A stretch of DNA of 64,000 nucleotides from Myxococcota bacterium (GTDB taxonomy: Bacteria; Myxococcota_A; UBA9160; UBA4427): assembly GCA_965250285.1 (NCBI GenBank), contig OZ252299.1, positions 4,032,001 to 4,096,000 on the forward strand, written 5' to 3'. Both the position numbers and the translations under genes were made by a program. Shown here one piece after another: positions 45,801 through 55,099 of the stretch. The notes beneath the pieces are model-generated. The model ran no database searches. It worked only from the letters and a program-made list of their open reading frames with translations, and was not told where the DNA came from. Positions within the stretch are counted from its first letter, which is position 1. The number at the start of each line of letters is the position of its first letter.

Positions 45801-46733
45801 ATGCCCTTCACCCCGACCGAGCCGTCCCCCGCCGCACCTTCGCCCCAGCTCGCGCGCACCGTGCGCCGCGTGCTGCGACCGCTCGTGCGGCTGATGCTGA
45901 CGCACGGCGTGACGGTTCGGCCGGCCGCGGAGCTGCTCTCTCAGGTCTACGTCGAGGTGGCCATGGCCGAGCTCGAGCGGGACGGCAAGAAGCCGACCGA
46001 CAGTCGGCTCTCCGTGATGACGGGGATCCATCGCAAAGCGCTGCGCGCACATCGCACTCGATCCGAGCCTGCGCCCGCCGGCTCGGGGACGTCGGCGCTG
46101 AGCGCACAGCTCGTCGCTCGCTGGCGGACCGACGCGGCCTACTGCGAGCCCGGAGGCCGCCCGCGTGCCCTGCCCCGGCGCACGAACGACGATGCCGCGC
46201 CGAGCTTCGACGGACTCGTCCGATCGGTCAGCAGCGACGTGCATCCGCGGACGGTGCTCGATGAGTGGCTGCGCCTCGGCGTCGTCGAGATCGACGGGCA
46301 CGACCAGTCGATCCGCCTCGTCCCTTCGGCGCTCGTTCCGGCGCAGGACCTCGAAGCGAAGCTATCGGGGCTCGGCGGCAACGTGCACGATCACCTCGAG
46401 ACCGCTGTCCACAATCTCGAGGATCGCGGCCCGGCGCGATTCGAGCGCAGCGTGACCGGCGACGGACTCGATTCGGATTCGGTGAACGCACTCAGCGGCT
46501 TCATCGAGCAGGCTGCGACCGAGGTGCTCGATGCGATCGAACGACGAATCCACGCGCTCGAGGCCCGGTCGATGCGCGCGGTCGGCGACGCCGGCGAGGC
46601 GGCGACGGCGCACGATTTCGATGAACCCGACGCGAAGCACGAACGGGTCCGGCTGGGCGTCTACTTCCACCGAGAACCCGCGCCGGTCGAACCCGAAGAG
46701 CAAGACGGCGACGAGCGCAGCCTCGATCGATAG
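45801..46733 (+). CDS. DUF6502 family protein
   Basis: LRPLVRLML, TDSRLSVMTGIHRK, SFDGLVRSVSSDVHPRTVLDEWLRLG, HDHL...HNL, FERSV, RLGVYFH. Confidence 0.85.
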   Translation: MPFTPTEPSPAAPSPQLARTVRRVLRPLVRLMLTHGVTVRPAAELLSQVYVEVAMAELERDGKKPTDSRLSVMTGIHRKALRAHRTRSEPAPAGSGTSALSAQLVARWRTDAAYCEPGGRPRALPRRTNDDAAPSFDGLVRSVSSDVHPRTVLDEWLRLGVVEIDGHDQSIRLVPSALVPAQDLEAKLSGLGGNVHDHLETAVHNLEDRGPARFERSVTGDGLDSDSVNALSGFIEQAATEVLDAIERRIHALEARSMRAVGDAGEAATAHDFDEPDAKHERVRLGVYFHREPAPVEPEEQDGDERSLDR

Positions 46734-46813
46734 AGAGCCTCGCGCGGCCGGTGGACGTCCAGCCGGCGCGCGCGCTCCGTCGTGCCCGCCCCTCTCGCTG
46801 GAAGCGCCGCGGA

Positions 46814-47236
46814 TCAGCGTGCGGGACGGAATCGAGGCACGGCGAGATCGTCGCTCATGTCCTCCCACACCACCTCGACGGGCATCCCGATCTCGATGTC
46901 GTCTGGCTCGACGTTCACCAGGTTCGAGATGATGCGGAGGTCGCCCGAATCCTCGAGGGCGATCACGGCGATCACGAAAGGCAGCTTCATGTCGCCGGCC
47001 ACCGGACGATGGACGGTCGTGAAGGTGTAGACCTCGCCGCGCCCCGAGACCTCGTGCCACTCGGCGCCGTCGTGCCGGCACGCGGGACAGATCGGCGCGG
47101 GCGGAAACCGGGTCTGCCCACAGGCGGTGCAGCGTTGGACGACCAGGCGGTGCTCGGCGGCCTGCTCCCACCAGCCGATGGTCGTGGTGTTGGCCAGCGG
47201 CGGCGGCATGCTGTCGGGAAAGAATCGCTCGCTCAT
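46814..47236 (-). CDS. Zn-ribbon/OB-fold protein (DUF35, ChsH2-like)
   Basis: QRCTACG...CPAC, SGRGEVYTFT, IGMPVEVVW. Confidence 0.92.
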   Translation of the reverse strand: MSERFFPDSMPPPLANTTTIGWWEQAAEHRLVVQRCTACGQTRFPPAPICPACRHDGAEWHEVSGRGEVYTFTTVHRPVAGDMKLPFVIAVIALEDSGDLRIISNLVNVEPDDIEIGMPVEVVWEDMSDDLAVPRFRPAR

Positions 47237-47246
47237 CTTCGACTCC

Positions 47247-48473
47247 TCACTTCTTTCCGAGCACAACGGCGCTCGACGGCACGCACGCGCCGCTCGTCAC
47301 CAGGCAGACCTCGGCGCCATCGACCGGGCTCGTGCTCTCGCCGCGCAGCGACCGCACGCCCTCGACGACGTGATTGAGACCGTGGATGTAGGCTTCGCTC
47401 AGACTTCCGCCATGGGTGTTGGTCGGCATGCTTCCGCCCTGCCACGCCAGAGCGCCGCTCTCGATGTACGGCCCGCCCTCGCCGCGCTTGCAGAAGCCGT
47501 AGTCTTCGAGCTGCATCAGCACGCAGCCGGTGAAGTGGTCGTAGATCTGTGCGACGTCGACGTCGCCCGGCCCCACCCCCGACTTCGCCCACAGCCGATT
47601 CGCCATCTCTTCACAGCCGCCCGTCGCGTAGATCTCGTCGGCCACGTTGGCGTTCGTGAAGGGACCGAACCCGTAGCCCTTCGGCGCCCCCTGCTCGCTG
47701 CCGAGAATCTCGACTGCCGGCTTCGCCAGATCGCGAGCGCGCTCCTCGGTGGTGATCACGACCGCGCAGGCGCCGTCGCTCTCGAGGCAGCAGTCGAAGA
47801 GGCGATGCGGGTCGGCGATCATGGGCGATGCGAGGTAGTCGTCCATCGTCATCGGCTTGCCGCCCATGACGGCGCGGGGGTTGCGGCTCGCGTGCTCGCG
47901 GAAGGTCACGGCGAGCGTCCCCAGCTGTTCTTCGGTCGTCCCATAGAGGTGCATGTGCCGGCGCGTCGGCAGCGCGTACGCGGCCGCGGCCATCAGCAGG
48001 CCGTACGGCATCGCGAAGCCCATCGAGGTCAGCAGCATCGAGCTGGCCGACTGCACCGTGGGCGGCGGCGGATCACCGGCGGGCGCCATCTGGTCCATGC
48101 CCGCGTTGCCAAAGCGAAAGAACTGCCCCTGACAGAGTGAGCGGTAGACCACGACGACCTCGGCCTGGCCGGTCTCGACGGCCATGGCCGCATTGCCGAT
48201 CGCAGCGCAGCCGCCCCCGCCGCCCGGGAGCCACACCATGTTCGCGTAGCGCAGCGCGGGCAGGCCGAGCTCGGCCGCGAGAAAGACCGCCTCGTTTCGA
48301 TCCTCGGCGAACGAGGCCAGGCCGTCGACGTCGTCCGTCGAGAGACCCGCATCCTCGACCGCGCGCGTGATCGCCTGCAGCGCGAGAGCGTGCTCGCTGA
48401 CGTCGCCGATCTTTCCCCACCGCGCATAGGCGCTCTCGCCGACGCCGACGATGTGGGCCTTCGAACCGCTCAT
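47247..48473 (-). CDS. Thiolase-like protein (SCP-x / Ltp2 aldolase type)
   Basis: DCCLESDGACA, AQIYDHFT, NTHGGSLSEAYIHG; adjacent to a DUF35 gene. Confidence 0.88.
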   Translation of the reverse strand: MSGSKAHIVGVGESAYARWGKIGDVSEHALALQAITRAVEDAGLSTDDVDGLASFAEDRNEAVFLAAELGLPALRYANMVWLPGGGGGCAAIGNAAMAVETGQAEVVVVYRSLCQGQFFRFGNAGMDQMAPAGDPPPPTVQSASSMLLTSMGFAMPYGLLMAAAAYALPTRRHMHLYGTTEEQLGTLAVTFREHASRNPRAVMGGKPMTMDDYLASPMIADPHRLFDCCLESDGACAVVITTEERARDLAKPAVEILGSEQGAPKGYGFGPFTNANVADEIYATGGCEEMANRLWAKSGVGPGDVDVAQIYDHFTGCVLMQLEDYGFCKRGEGGPYIESGALAWQGGSMPTNTHGGSLSEAYIHGLNHVVEGVRSLRGESTSPVDGAEVCLVTSGACVPSSAVVLGKK

Positions 48474-48601
48474 CCCGTCTTCCTCCGCTGCGACCCCGCG
48501 GCGCAGAGCACGCTCGCCGGGGCGCACCATTCTAGTGAACGCCGTGGCACCCGCGGCGATCCCTGACTGAATGAGCCACCAGATTCAGCGGCCAAGAAAA
48601 G

Positions 48602-48637
48602 GAAACGCCCGCCCCGGCAGACCGGAGCGGGCGTTTC
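48602..48637 (-). terminator. Intrinsic terminator of the thiolase gene
   Basis: GAAACGCCCGC / GCGGGCGTTTC stem followed by CTTTTCTT on the minus strand. Confidence 0.7.
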
Positions 48638-48659
48638 GGATCGCGCGTGACGCGTGGGA

Positions 48660-49841
48660 TCAGCTGAAGATCTCGAAGAGACCCGCGGCGCCCTGACCGC
48701 CACCGATGCACATCGTGACGACGCCCCACTTGGCCTTTCGGCGTCGCCCTTCGAGCAGCAGATGACCGGTGCAGCGCGCGCCCGTCATGCCGAAGGGATG
48801 ACCGATCGAGATCGAGCCGCCGTTCACGTTGTACTTGTCGTTGTCGATCCCGAGCTGATCGCGGCTGTAGAGGCACTGGCTCGCGAACGCCTCGTTCAGC
48901 TCCCACAGATCGATGTCATCGACGCGTTTGCCGGCACGATCGAGCAGGCGCGGTACGGCGAAGACCGGGCCGATGCCCATCTCGTCGGGCTCGCAACCGG
49001 CCACTGCGAAGCCGCGGAACGCACCGAGCGGCTCGAGGCCGCGACGTTCGGCCTCCTTCGCCTCCATCATCACGACCGACGCCGCACCGTCGCTCAGCTG
49101 CGACGCGTTGCCGGCCGTGATGAAGTTGCCCTCGCCGCGCACCGGCTGCAGCTTCTGCAGCCCCTCGAGCGTGGTGCCCGGGCGGTTGCACTCGTCCTTC
49201 GTGACGGTGTAGTCGACGATGCTCTCTTCGCCCGTCTCCTTGTCCTTCACCATCATCTTGGTGTCCATCGGGACGATCTCGTCGTCGAAGAGACCGGCTT
49301 CCTGCGCCGCGGCCGTGCGCTGCTGGCTCTGCAGCGAGTACTCGTCCTGATACTCACGGCTCACCTTGTAGCGCTCGGCGACGATGTCGGCGGTCTCGAT
49401 CATCGGCATCCACAGGCCGGGGTACTGCTTGTAGAGCTCCTCATCGACCATGTGCGGGAACTTTCCGCCGAGTGAGAGCGTGATCGACTCGACGCCCGCC
49501 CCGACGACGATGTCCTCGCCGTCGACGATGATGCGACCGGCTGCCGTGGCAATCGCGTTCAGACCGCTCGAGCAGTGCCGGCTCACGACGACGCCCGTGG
49601 TCTCGATGGGGCAGCCCGCCTTCATGGCCGCGATGCGACCGACGTTGTTGCCGCTCGTGCCCTGGGGCGTGCCGACGCCGAGGACGACCTCGCTCACCTC
49701 GCCCGGGTCGATGCCCGCGCGCTCGATCGAGTGCTTGATGGCATGGCCGGCCATGGCCGGGGTGCCGGTGTTGTTGAAGCCACCGCGGTGGCTCTTGGCG
49801 AGCCCGGTCCGGGCGGTCGATACGATGACGGCTTCGCGCAT
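48660..49841 (-). CDS. Acetyl-CoA C-acyltransferase (thiolase)
   Basis: RHCSSG, NEAFASQ, GHPFGMTGAR, MCIGGGQG. Confidence 0.95.
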   Translation of the reverse strand: MREAVIVSTARTGLAKSHRGGFNNTGTPAMAGHAIKHSIERAGIDPGEVSEVVLGVGTPQGTSGNNVGRIAAMKAGCPIETTGVVVSRHCSSGLNAIATAAGRIIVDGEDIVVGAGVESITLSLGGKFPHMVDEELYKQYPGLWMPMIETADIVAERYKVSREYQDEYSLQSQQRTAAAQEAGLFDDEIVPMDTKMMVKDKETGEESIVDYTVTKDECNRPGTTLEGLQKLQPVRGEGNFITAGNASQLSDGAASVVMMEAKEAERRGLEPLGAFRGFAVAGCEPDEMGIGPVFAVPRLLDRAGKRVDDIDLWELNEAFASQCLYSRDQLGIDNDKYNVNGGSISIGHPFGMTGARCTGHLLLEGRRRKAKWGVVTMCIGGGQGAAGLFEIFS

Positions 49842-50161
49842 GGGGGACGTTCTCCTGGTGCGGGTGGGGGGCGGTTCGCCCTCGGGACCCGTGAAATGGG
49901 CGCCCGATGTCGGGGTCGCCGTTTCGAAAGGACAGGGCCGGGGAGCGTAGCAGCCAGGATCGGCGCGCAGTGGCCGGTGCGTTTCCGCCGCGGGCCGTTC
50001 GCAAGGGCCTGAGTGGGACGCTCAGCCCGTCGCATCCGCGCCCACAGGTGGCGTCTCAGCAAGCCGACCGAGGTGATCCGGTCGTCGCCGGGCCACACCG
50101 CGTGTAGAGTTGCGCCGATCTTTCGGTCGCGCTCCCAGGTGACCGCTCGAGCGAGGGCCCC

Positions 50162-50695
50162 GTGACTTCACCCGAATCATCGAACACGAACGGGGCTCGC
50201 TGGATCGCGCTGGCGGTGGGCGTGCTCGTGATCGCTGCGGGCATCGCCTGGCTCGTCGGCGCGCGCGACGAGCAGCTGCCCCGAGCCGCCGAGAAGACGC
50301 GCGCCGAGACGACCCCGACCGCAGCCGCCGAATCGGGCACCTCGATGCCAGATGCGACGCCAGAGCCCGCCGGCGCGGCCCAACCGGCCGCCGTCATCAC
50401 CGACAAGGGTCGGCTGACGGTCGTCCTGGCCGACCTCGCCGAGGGCGAGGTCGCGGCGGTCGGCCTCGACATGCCCGATGACGTGCGCGGCGAAGGGCCC
50501 CGGCCGACGAAGATCGTCGACGTCTCGCGCCAGCGGATGCTCGAGCTCGAGGCCCAGCCGATCAGCGGCTCGGGCACGGGCGTACGACTCGAGATCGATC
50601 CCGAGTGGCTCGAGCCGGGGCAGTACATGATCCAGGTCGACACCGCACCGACGACGCACTTCCCAGTACGGCGCTACGTCCTCGAGGTCCGGTAG
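50162..50695 (+). CDS. Membrane-anchored hypothetical protein
   Basis: Single N-terminal TM, Ala/Pro/Thr linker, beta-rich C-terminal domain (LEPGQYMIQV). Confidence 0.7.
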   Translation: MTSPESSNTNGARWIALAVGVLVIAAGIAWLVGARDEQLPRAAEKTRAETTPTAAAESGTSMPDATPEPAGAAQPAAVITDKGRLTVVLADLAEGEVAAVGLDMPDDVRGEGPRPTKIVDVSRQRMLELEAQPISGSGTGVRLEIDPEWLEPGQYMIQVDTAPTTHFPVRRYVLEVR

Positions 50696-50787
50696 ACGCG
50701 CTCACCACGCGAGAGGCCCCGCTCGCACAACGCGAACGGGGCCCCGGTCTTCCTCGACGGGCTTCTTGGGCGGACCGAACCGCCGAC

Positions 50788-53700
50788 TCAGGCCTGCTGC
50801 GACGCCAGCACCCTGCGACCGGCGAGTGCGAGGGCACCGCCGAGCACGAGGAACCCGACGCCGGGCAGCACCGGCACGACGTTGCCCACGCCGGGGAAGT
50901 CGGCGGGGTCGTTCGGGTCGTGGCCCTGAGCGATCTCTTCGTCGTCGTCGAAACCGTCGCCGTCGCTGTCGGCGAGGGCCGGGCTCGTCCCCGTGTCGTT
51001 CCCGTCGACGAAGACACCGGTGCCCGTCTCGACGCCATTCGGCAGCGTATCGCCGTCGCGGTCGACACCCATGCGCGTGCCCGAGCCCGGCGGCACGGCG
51101 GTGTACGTCAGCGTCTGGCCGGCGCCCGCTCCGTTCGCCTTGGCGCGAAGCGCGGCCTCGGTGATCGCGGGGCCGTTGTCGTCGGGCAGGTAGGTGCCGT
51201 CCGCGAGCCGCACGTAGCCCTTCTCGACCCCACCCTCGACGGTCTTCACGACGACGTCGCACTCGGTGGTGGTTCCGCCGAGGATCTTCGAGTCGAAGGC
51301 CGCCCCGGCGCGCGCGTCGATCAGATCGATGCGGTCGTTCACGTCGGTGACGCCGAAGTTCGCCGGTGAGATCGTCACCTGCTGACCCACGATCGGCGCG
51401 ATGTCGGTATCGGACGCCAGCGTGAACGCTTCGAGGTCGCGACGCTCGTTCACGGTCACGTCGAAGACGCTCGCGCCCAGAAAGTCGAACACCGTCGGCA
51501 CCGAGCCGTCGTGCAGGATGCCCGTGCCGCGCACCTCGTCGTTGCCCGAGTTGAACATGCCGATCTTCTGATAGACGTTGCGGATGTGCGGCACCTTGAA
51601 GTGCTGGGTCTCGCCCTCGAAGCTCTCCTCGCCGCCCGTGCCGTAGAAGCCATTCACGGGGTCGAGGTTGTGACAACCGTCGCAGTCTTCGACCGTATCC
51701 GTTGCGTTGGCGTCCAGCTGTGCGCACTCGGTCGTGCCCGGTCCGCACGAGAACCACTTGTCCGATCCGTCCTGCTCCTCGCTCGTCAGCGAGTTGTCGA
51801 GGCTCCGAATCGGGTTCGGCGGCAGCTGCACCTGCAGAATGAAGTCGGTGAACGCCTGCATGTCGGCATCGGCGATCAGCCCCTCGTGACCGATCAAGCC
51901 CTCGAAGGCCACGATGAAGTTGTTGAACGAGAGCTCCTCGTCGCAGGGTGCCTCGGTCTGGTTGCCCACCTGCGAGTAGCCCGGCGTGTTGCACGGGTCG
52001 GTGCCGAAGTGGCCGTCGACGCGGTCCCCGCGCCAGTGCATGCCGCCATGCGTGCTCATGCCACGCAGCGTCTGCGTCGTCATCGGGCCCTTCATCGGGT
52101 GAAAGGGCTCCGTCGGCTCGACCACCTGCAGCACCGGATCGGGCTGCGGCTGGTTGTTGATCCCCACGCCCCCGTCCGGGTCACCCAGATTCCAGGCCAG
52201 CGAGTCGAAGTCGCCGAAGATGTGGCAGCTCGCGCACGACGCTTCGCCGTTGCCCGACGTCTCGACCGCGTCGTAGAGAAAGCGTCGACCGTCGACCACC
52301 GAGGCCGGCTCGGGGTTGTGCAGCGCGTGGACGGCCGTCGTGAGGCCCGTCCCCAGGTCGATCACCTCGACGCTGTTGTTGAAGCGCGTCGTCACGTAGA
52401 GGCGGTCGTTCGCCTCGTCGAGCGCCATGCCGCTCGGGCCACCGCCGAGGGTGTCGAGGTAGGCGGCGCTGGCAGAGGTCGGGTCGAAGTTGGCCTCGAA
52501 GCTCGGGTCTTCGAGGTCGCTCTTCGAGAACACGCCGATCTTCTGAGAGCCGAACGCAGCGATGTAGATCGTGTTGCCGTCGCTCGAGACCACCGGCTGG
52601 AGCGGGGTCGAGAGACTGTGCGGCTTCTGTGCCTCGATCGCGGCGTGGTTCGCGCCCGCGTCGGTGTGAAGCTGTGCGTAGTCGATGTGCTGGTTCAGGT
52701 GCTGAATGTCCTGCGAGGGACCGCTCGGGTCGAGCACCGTAACGCGGCTCAGCGCGAGCCGACCCTGTACCGTCGTGCCGCCGTGATCGCCCGGACCCTC
52801 GAACTCGACCTCATTGCCCGCATCGGTGTTGGTCACGTAGACCTTGCCGTTCGACGGGTTGACGACCATGTTGAAGAGAATCGTGCCCACCGAGCTCCAC
52901 ACGGTGCCCTTGGCCAGCGTGTTCGCGTTGAAGGCAAAGACGTCGTTGTCGGGCAGGTCGAAATTCACGTTCGCGCTGCGATCGTTGCCCTGCGAGTCGA
53001 GCCACTGGTTGCCGATCTTCTTCACGATCACGCCCACGAAGGGCGCGTTGACGCCGTCGGCGTTGTCGGGCGGACCGGGGATACCGGCCGGACCAAAGTT
53101 GTTCGGGACGACCGTCTCGTTGAGCGGGACGGTCTGATTGCCCGAGTGAAAGGCCGCGACATAGACGGTCGTGCCATCCGTCGCGAGCGCGCGCGGCGTG
53201 TCGGAGAAGAACGTCAGAACTTCGACCGGCGTGCCGCCGATCGTGTTGCCGAGGCTCGTCGCATCGAAGACCCAGACGTCGTTTCGATCGACGCCCGAGG
53301 TCGTGAACTGCGGATCGGCCGGGTTGCCACCGCCGAATACGCCCGAGATCGACGGGTGCGTGCGGTGCTGACCACGGTGGGCCGTCGTGATGAACGCCCG
53401 GTTGCCACCGGTGCCGGCGAACACGATGTCGCGCGGCTCGTCGCCCACCAGCAGCGTACGCGTCACCTGCGGTACGCCCGACAGATCGACGATCGACACG
53501 CTGTCCGAGAGGTGGTTCACGACCCAGACCTCGGTGTTCGTGCGGGCCGCGACCGAGACCGGCTCCATACCCACCGGCACGGCGGCCGAGAAGGTGAGAC
53601 CGCCCGCGCCCACGTCGAAGATCTCGAGTGTGTTGTCGGGCGTATTGACGGCGAACAGCTTCGAGCCATCGGGCGAGAGCGCGATCGGACGGACGTGGCC

Positions 53701-53826
53701 GCTCTCGAACTCGATGAAATTCGGCTGGGCCGAAGCGCTGCTCGCCGCGACGACCGCGACGAGGGCCATCAGGCTCAGGAATAAGAAGCAGGATCGAACG
53801 TGAAAGAACCCACGACGGGCGGGCAT
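50788..53826 (-). CDS. Secreted YVTN/YncE-like beta-propeller plus di-heme cytochrome c protein with C-terminal sorting signal
   Basis: Signal peptide; propeller repeats (ALSPDGSKLFAVN, VPVGMEPVSV, LVGDEPRDIV); CASCH (52222-52236), CDGCH (51670-51684); DxDGD repeats; VPVLP-TM-RR tail. Confidence 0.85.
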   Translation of the reverse strand: MPARRGFFHVRSCFLFLSLMALVAVVAASSASAQPNFIEFESGHVRPIALSPDGSKLFAVNTPDNTLEIFDVGAGGLTFSAAVPVGMEPVSVAARTNTEVWVVNHLSDSVSIVDLSGVPQVTRTLLVGDEPRDIVFAGTGGNRAFITTAHRGQHRTHPSISGVFGGGNPADPQFTTSGVDRNDVWVFDATSLGNTIGGTPVEVLTFFSDTPRALATDGTTVYVAAFHSGNQTVPLNETVVPNNFGPAGIPGPPDNADGVNAPFVGVIVKKIGNQWLDSQGNDRSANVNFDLPDNDVFAFNANTLAKGTVWSSVGTILFNMVVNPSNGKVYVTNTDAGNEVEFEGPGDHGGTTVQGRLALSRVTVLDPSGPSQDIQHLNQHIDYAQLHTDAGANHAAIEAQKPHSLSTPLQPVVSSDGNTIYIAAFGSQKIGVFSKSDLEDPSFEANFDPTSASAAYLDTLGGGPSGMALDEANDRLYVTTRFNNSVEVIDLGTGLTTAVHALHNPEPASVVDGRRFLYDAVETSGNGEASCASCHIFGDFDSLAWNLGDPDGGVGINNQPQPDPVLQVVEPTEPFHPMKGPMTTQTLRGMSTHGGMHWRGDRVDGHFGTDPCNTPGYSQVGNQTEAPCDEELSFNNFIVAFEGLIGHEGLIADADMQAFTDFILQVQLPPNPIRSLDNSLTSEEQDGSDKWFSCGPGTTECAQLDANATDTVEDCDGCHNLDPVNGFYGTGGEESFEGETQHFKVPHIRNVYQKIGMFNSGNDEVRGTGILHDGSVPTVFDFLGASVFDVTVNERRDLEAFTLASDTDIAPIVGQQVTISPANFGVTDVNDRIDLIDARAGAAFDSKILGGTTTECDVVVKTVEGGVEKGYVRLADGTYLPDDNGPAITEAALRAKANGAGAGQTLTYTAVPPGSGTRMGVDRDGDTLPNGVETGTGVFVDGNDTGTSPALADSDGDGFDDDEEIAQGHDPNDPADFPGVGNVVPVLPGVGFLVLGGALALAGRRVLASQQA

Positions 53827-54195
53827 GGGAAACCTCCGGGTCGGCTGGCGACGGTGATCAGCGAGGCTGAATCGGAAGAGCGAAGCGCAGAGCTGTCTGA
53901 ATTCGGACCGCATCACGGCGGCTGAAGTCGAATCAAGCCATCGATGTCCCCAGGGGCCGCATCCCCGGAGCGACGGCGACGCGCAATCGCGTACTGCATT
54001 GTATCCGAACGACCTTATGAGGCGTCGAGGGAATGTCTTTCATCCAGGAAAATCGGCCAGAATCTGCGGCTTCGTGCAGGAAACCTGCACATCGTGTTCG
54101 CAACGTCCAACCTGGATCCAGGACGACACCGGTCCGAAACTCCAGCCTCCGCCGGCGGCGTGTCCCGCTGCATTCGCGTTCGCCGAGAGGACTCC

Positions 54196-55080
54196 TTGAT
54201 CTACGACGTCGCCGTCCCCCTGATTCTGCTCGTGATGATGATCGCCATGGGCATGGAGCTCACGCTCGACGACTTTCGCCGCGTCGCCGTGATCCCGCGT
54301 CCGGCGCTGGTCGGGCTCTTCGGTCAGATGGTGCTGCTGCCGCTGGCCGGTCTCGCTTTCGCGCACGCGCCGACCTTTGCGCCGTCGGTCGCGATGGGCG
54401 TCGTCATCGTCACGGCATGCCCGGGCGGCGCGACGTCGAATCTCTTCAGCTACCTCGCCCGCGGCAACGTCGCGCTCTCGGTCACGCTCACCTCGCTGTC
54501 GAGTGCGCTCTGCTTCTTGACGATCCCGTTCTGGATCGAACTCGGCCTCGATCTGTTCATGGACGATGGCACTGGGGAGAACACGCCCCTCGACCTGCCG
54601 GTCGCGCGCATGGTGATTCAGCTCTTCGTGCTGACCTTGATGCCGATCGCGATCGGCATGGGCATTCGCGCGCGCTGGCCCGAGTTCAGCCTGCGCATTC
54701 GAGGGCGACTGCGCCGCGCCATGACGCTGCTCATGGCCGTGGCTCTGGCCGCCATCCTCGGCAGCGAGTGGGAAACGGTGATGCGCGACCTGCGCGTCGC
54801 CGCCGCAGCGGCGCTCCTGCTCGTCACGTCGATGCTCTTCGTCTCGTACGGGATCGCCCGCGCGGCGCGGCTCGAGCAGCGCGACGCGTTCACGATCTCG
54901 ATCGAGGTCGGCCTGCAGAACGGCGCGCTCGCGACGACCGTCGTCGTGACCCTGCTCGGGCGCCCCGACCTGCTCGTCTTTCCAGGAACCTACGCAGTGC
55001 TGTCGTTCGTGCCCGTGACGCTGTGGACCGTGCTGATGCGTCGCCGCGCCGACGACCCGGACGCCGAACCGGCGACCTGA
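54196..55080 (+). CDS. Bile acid:sodium symporter family transporter
   Basis: MGMELTLDDF, ACPGGATSN, GNVALSVTLT, IEVGLQNG; TTG start after GAGAGGA. Confidence 0.92.
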   Translation: MIYDVAVPLILLVMMIAMGMELTLDDFRRVAVIPRPALVGLFGQMVLLPLAGLAFAHAPTFAPSVAMGVVIVTACPGGATSNLFSYLARGNVALSVTLTSLSSALCFLTIPFWIELGLDLFMDDGTGENTPLDLPVARMVIQLFVLTLMPIAIGMGIRARWPEFSLRIRGRLRRAMTLLMAVALAAILGSEWETVMRDLRVAAAAALLLVTSMLFVSYGIARAARLEQRDAFTISIEVGLQNGALATTVVVTLLGRPDLLVFPGTYAVLSFVPVTLWTVLMRRRADDPDAEPAT

Positions 55081-55099
55081 CGCGGTCGAGGGCCGGGCG

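Noticed and set aside
51511..53784. 757-aa plus-strand ORF
   Set aside because: Antisense shadow of the propeller/cytochrome gene
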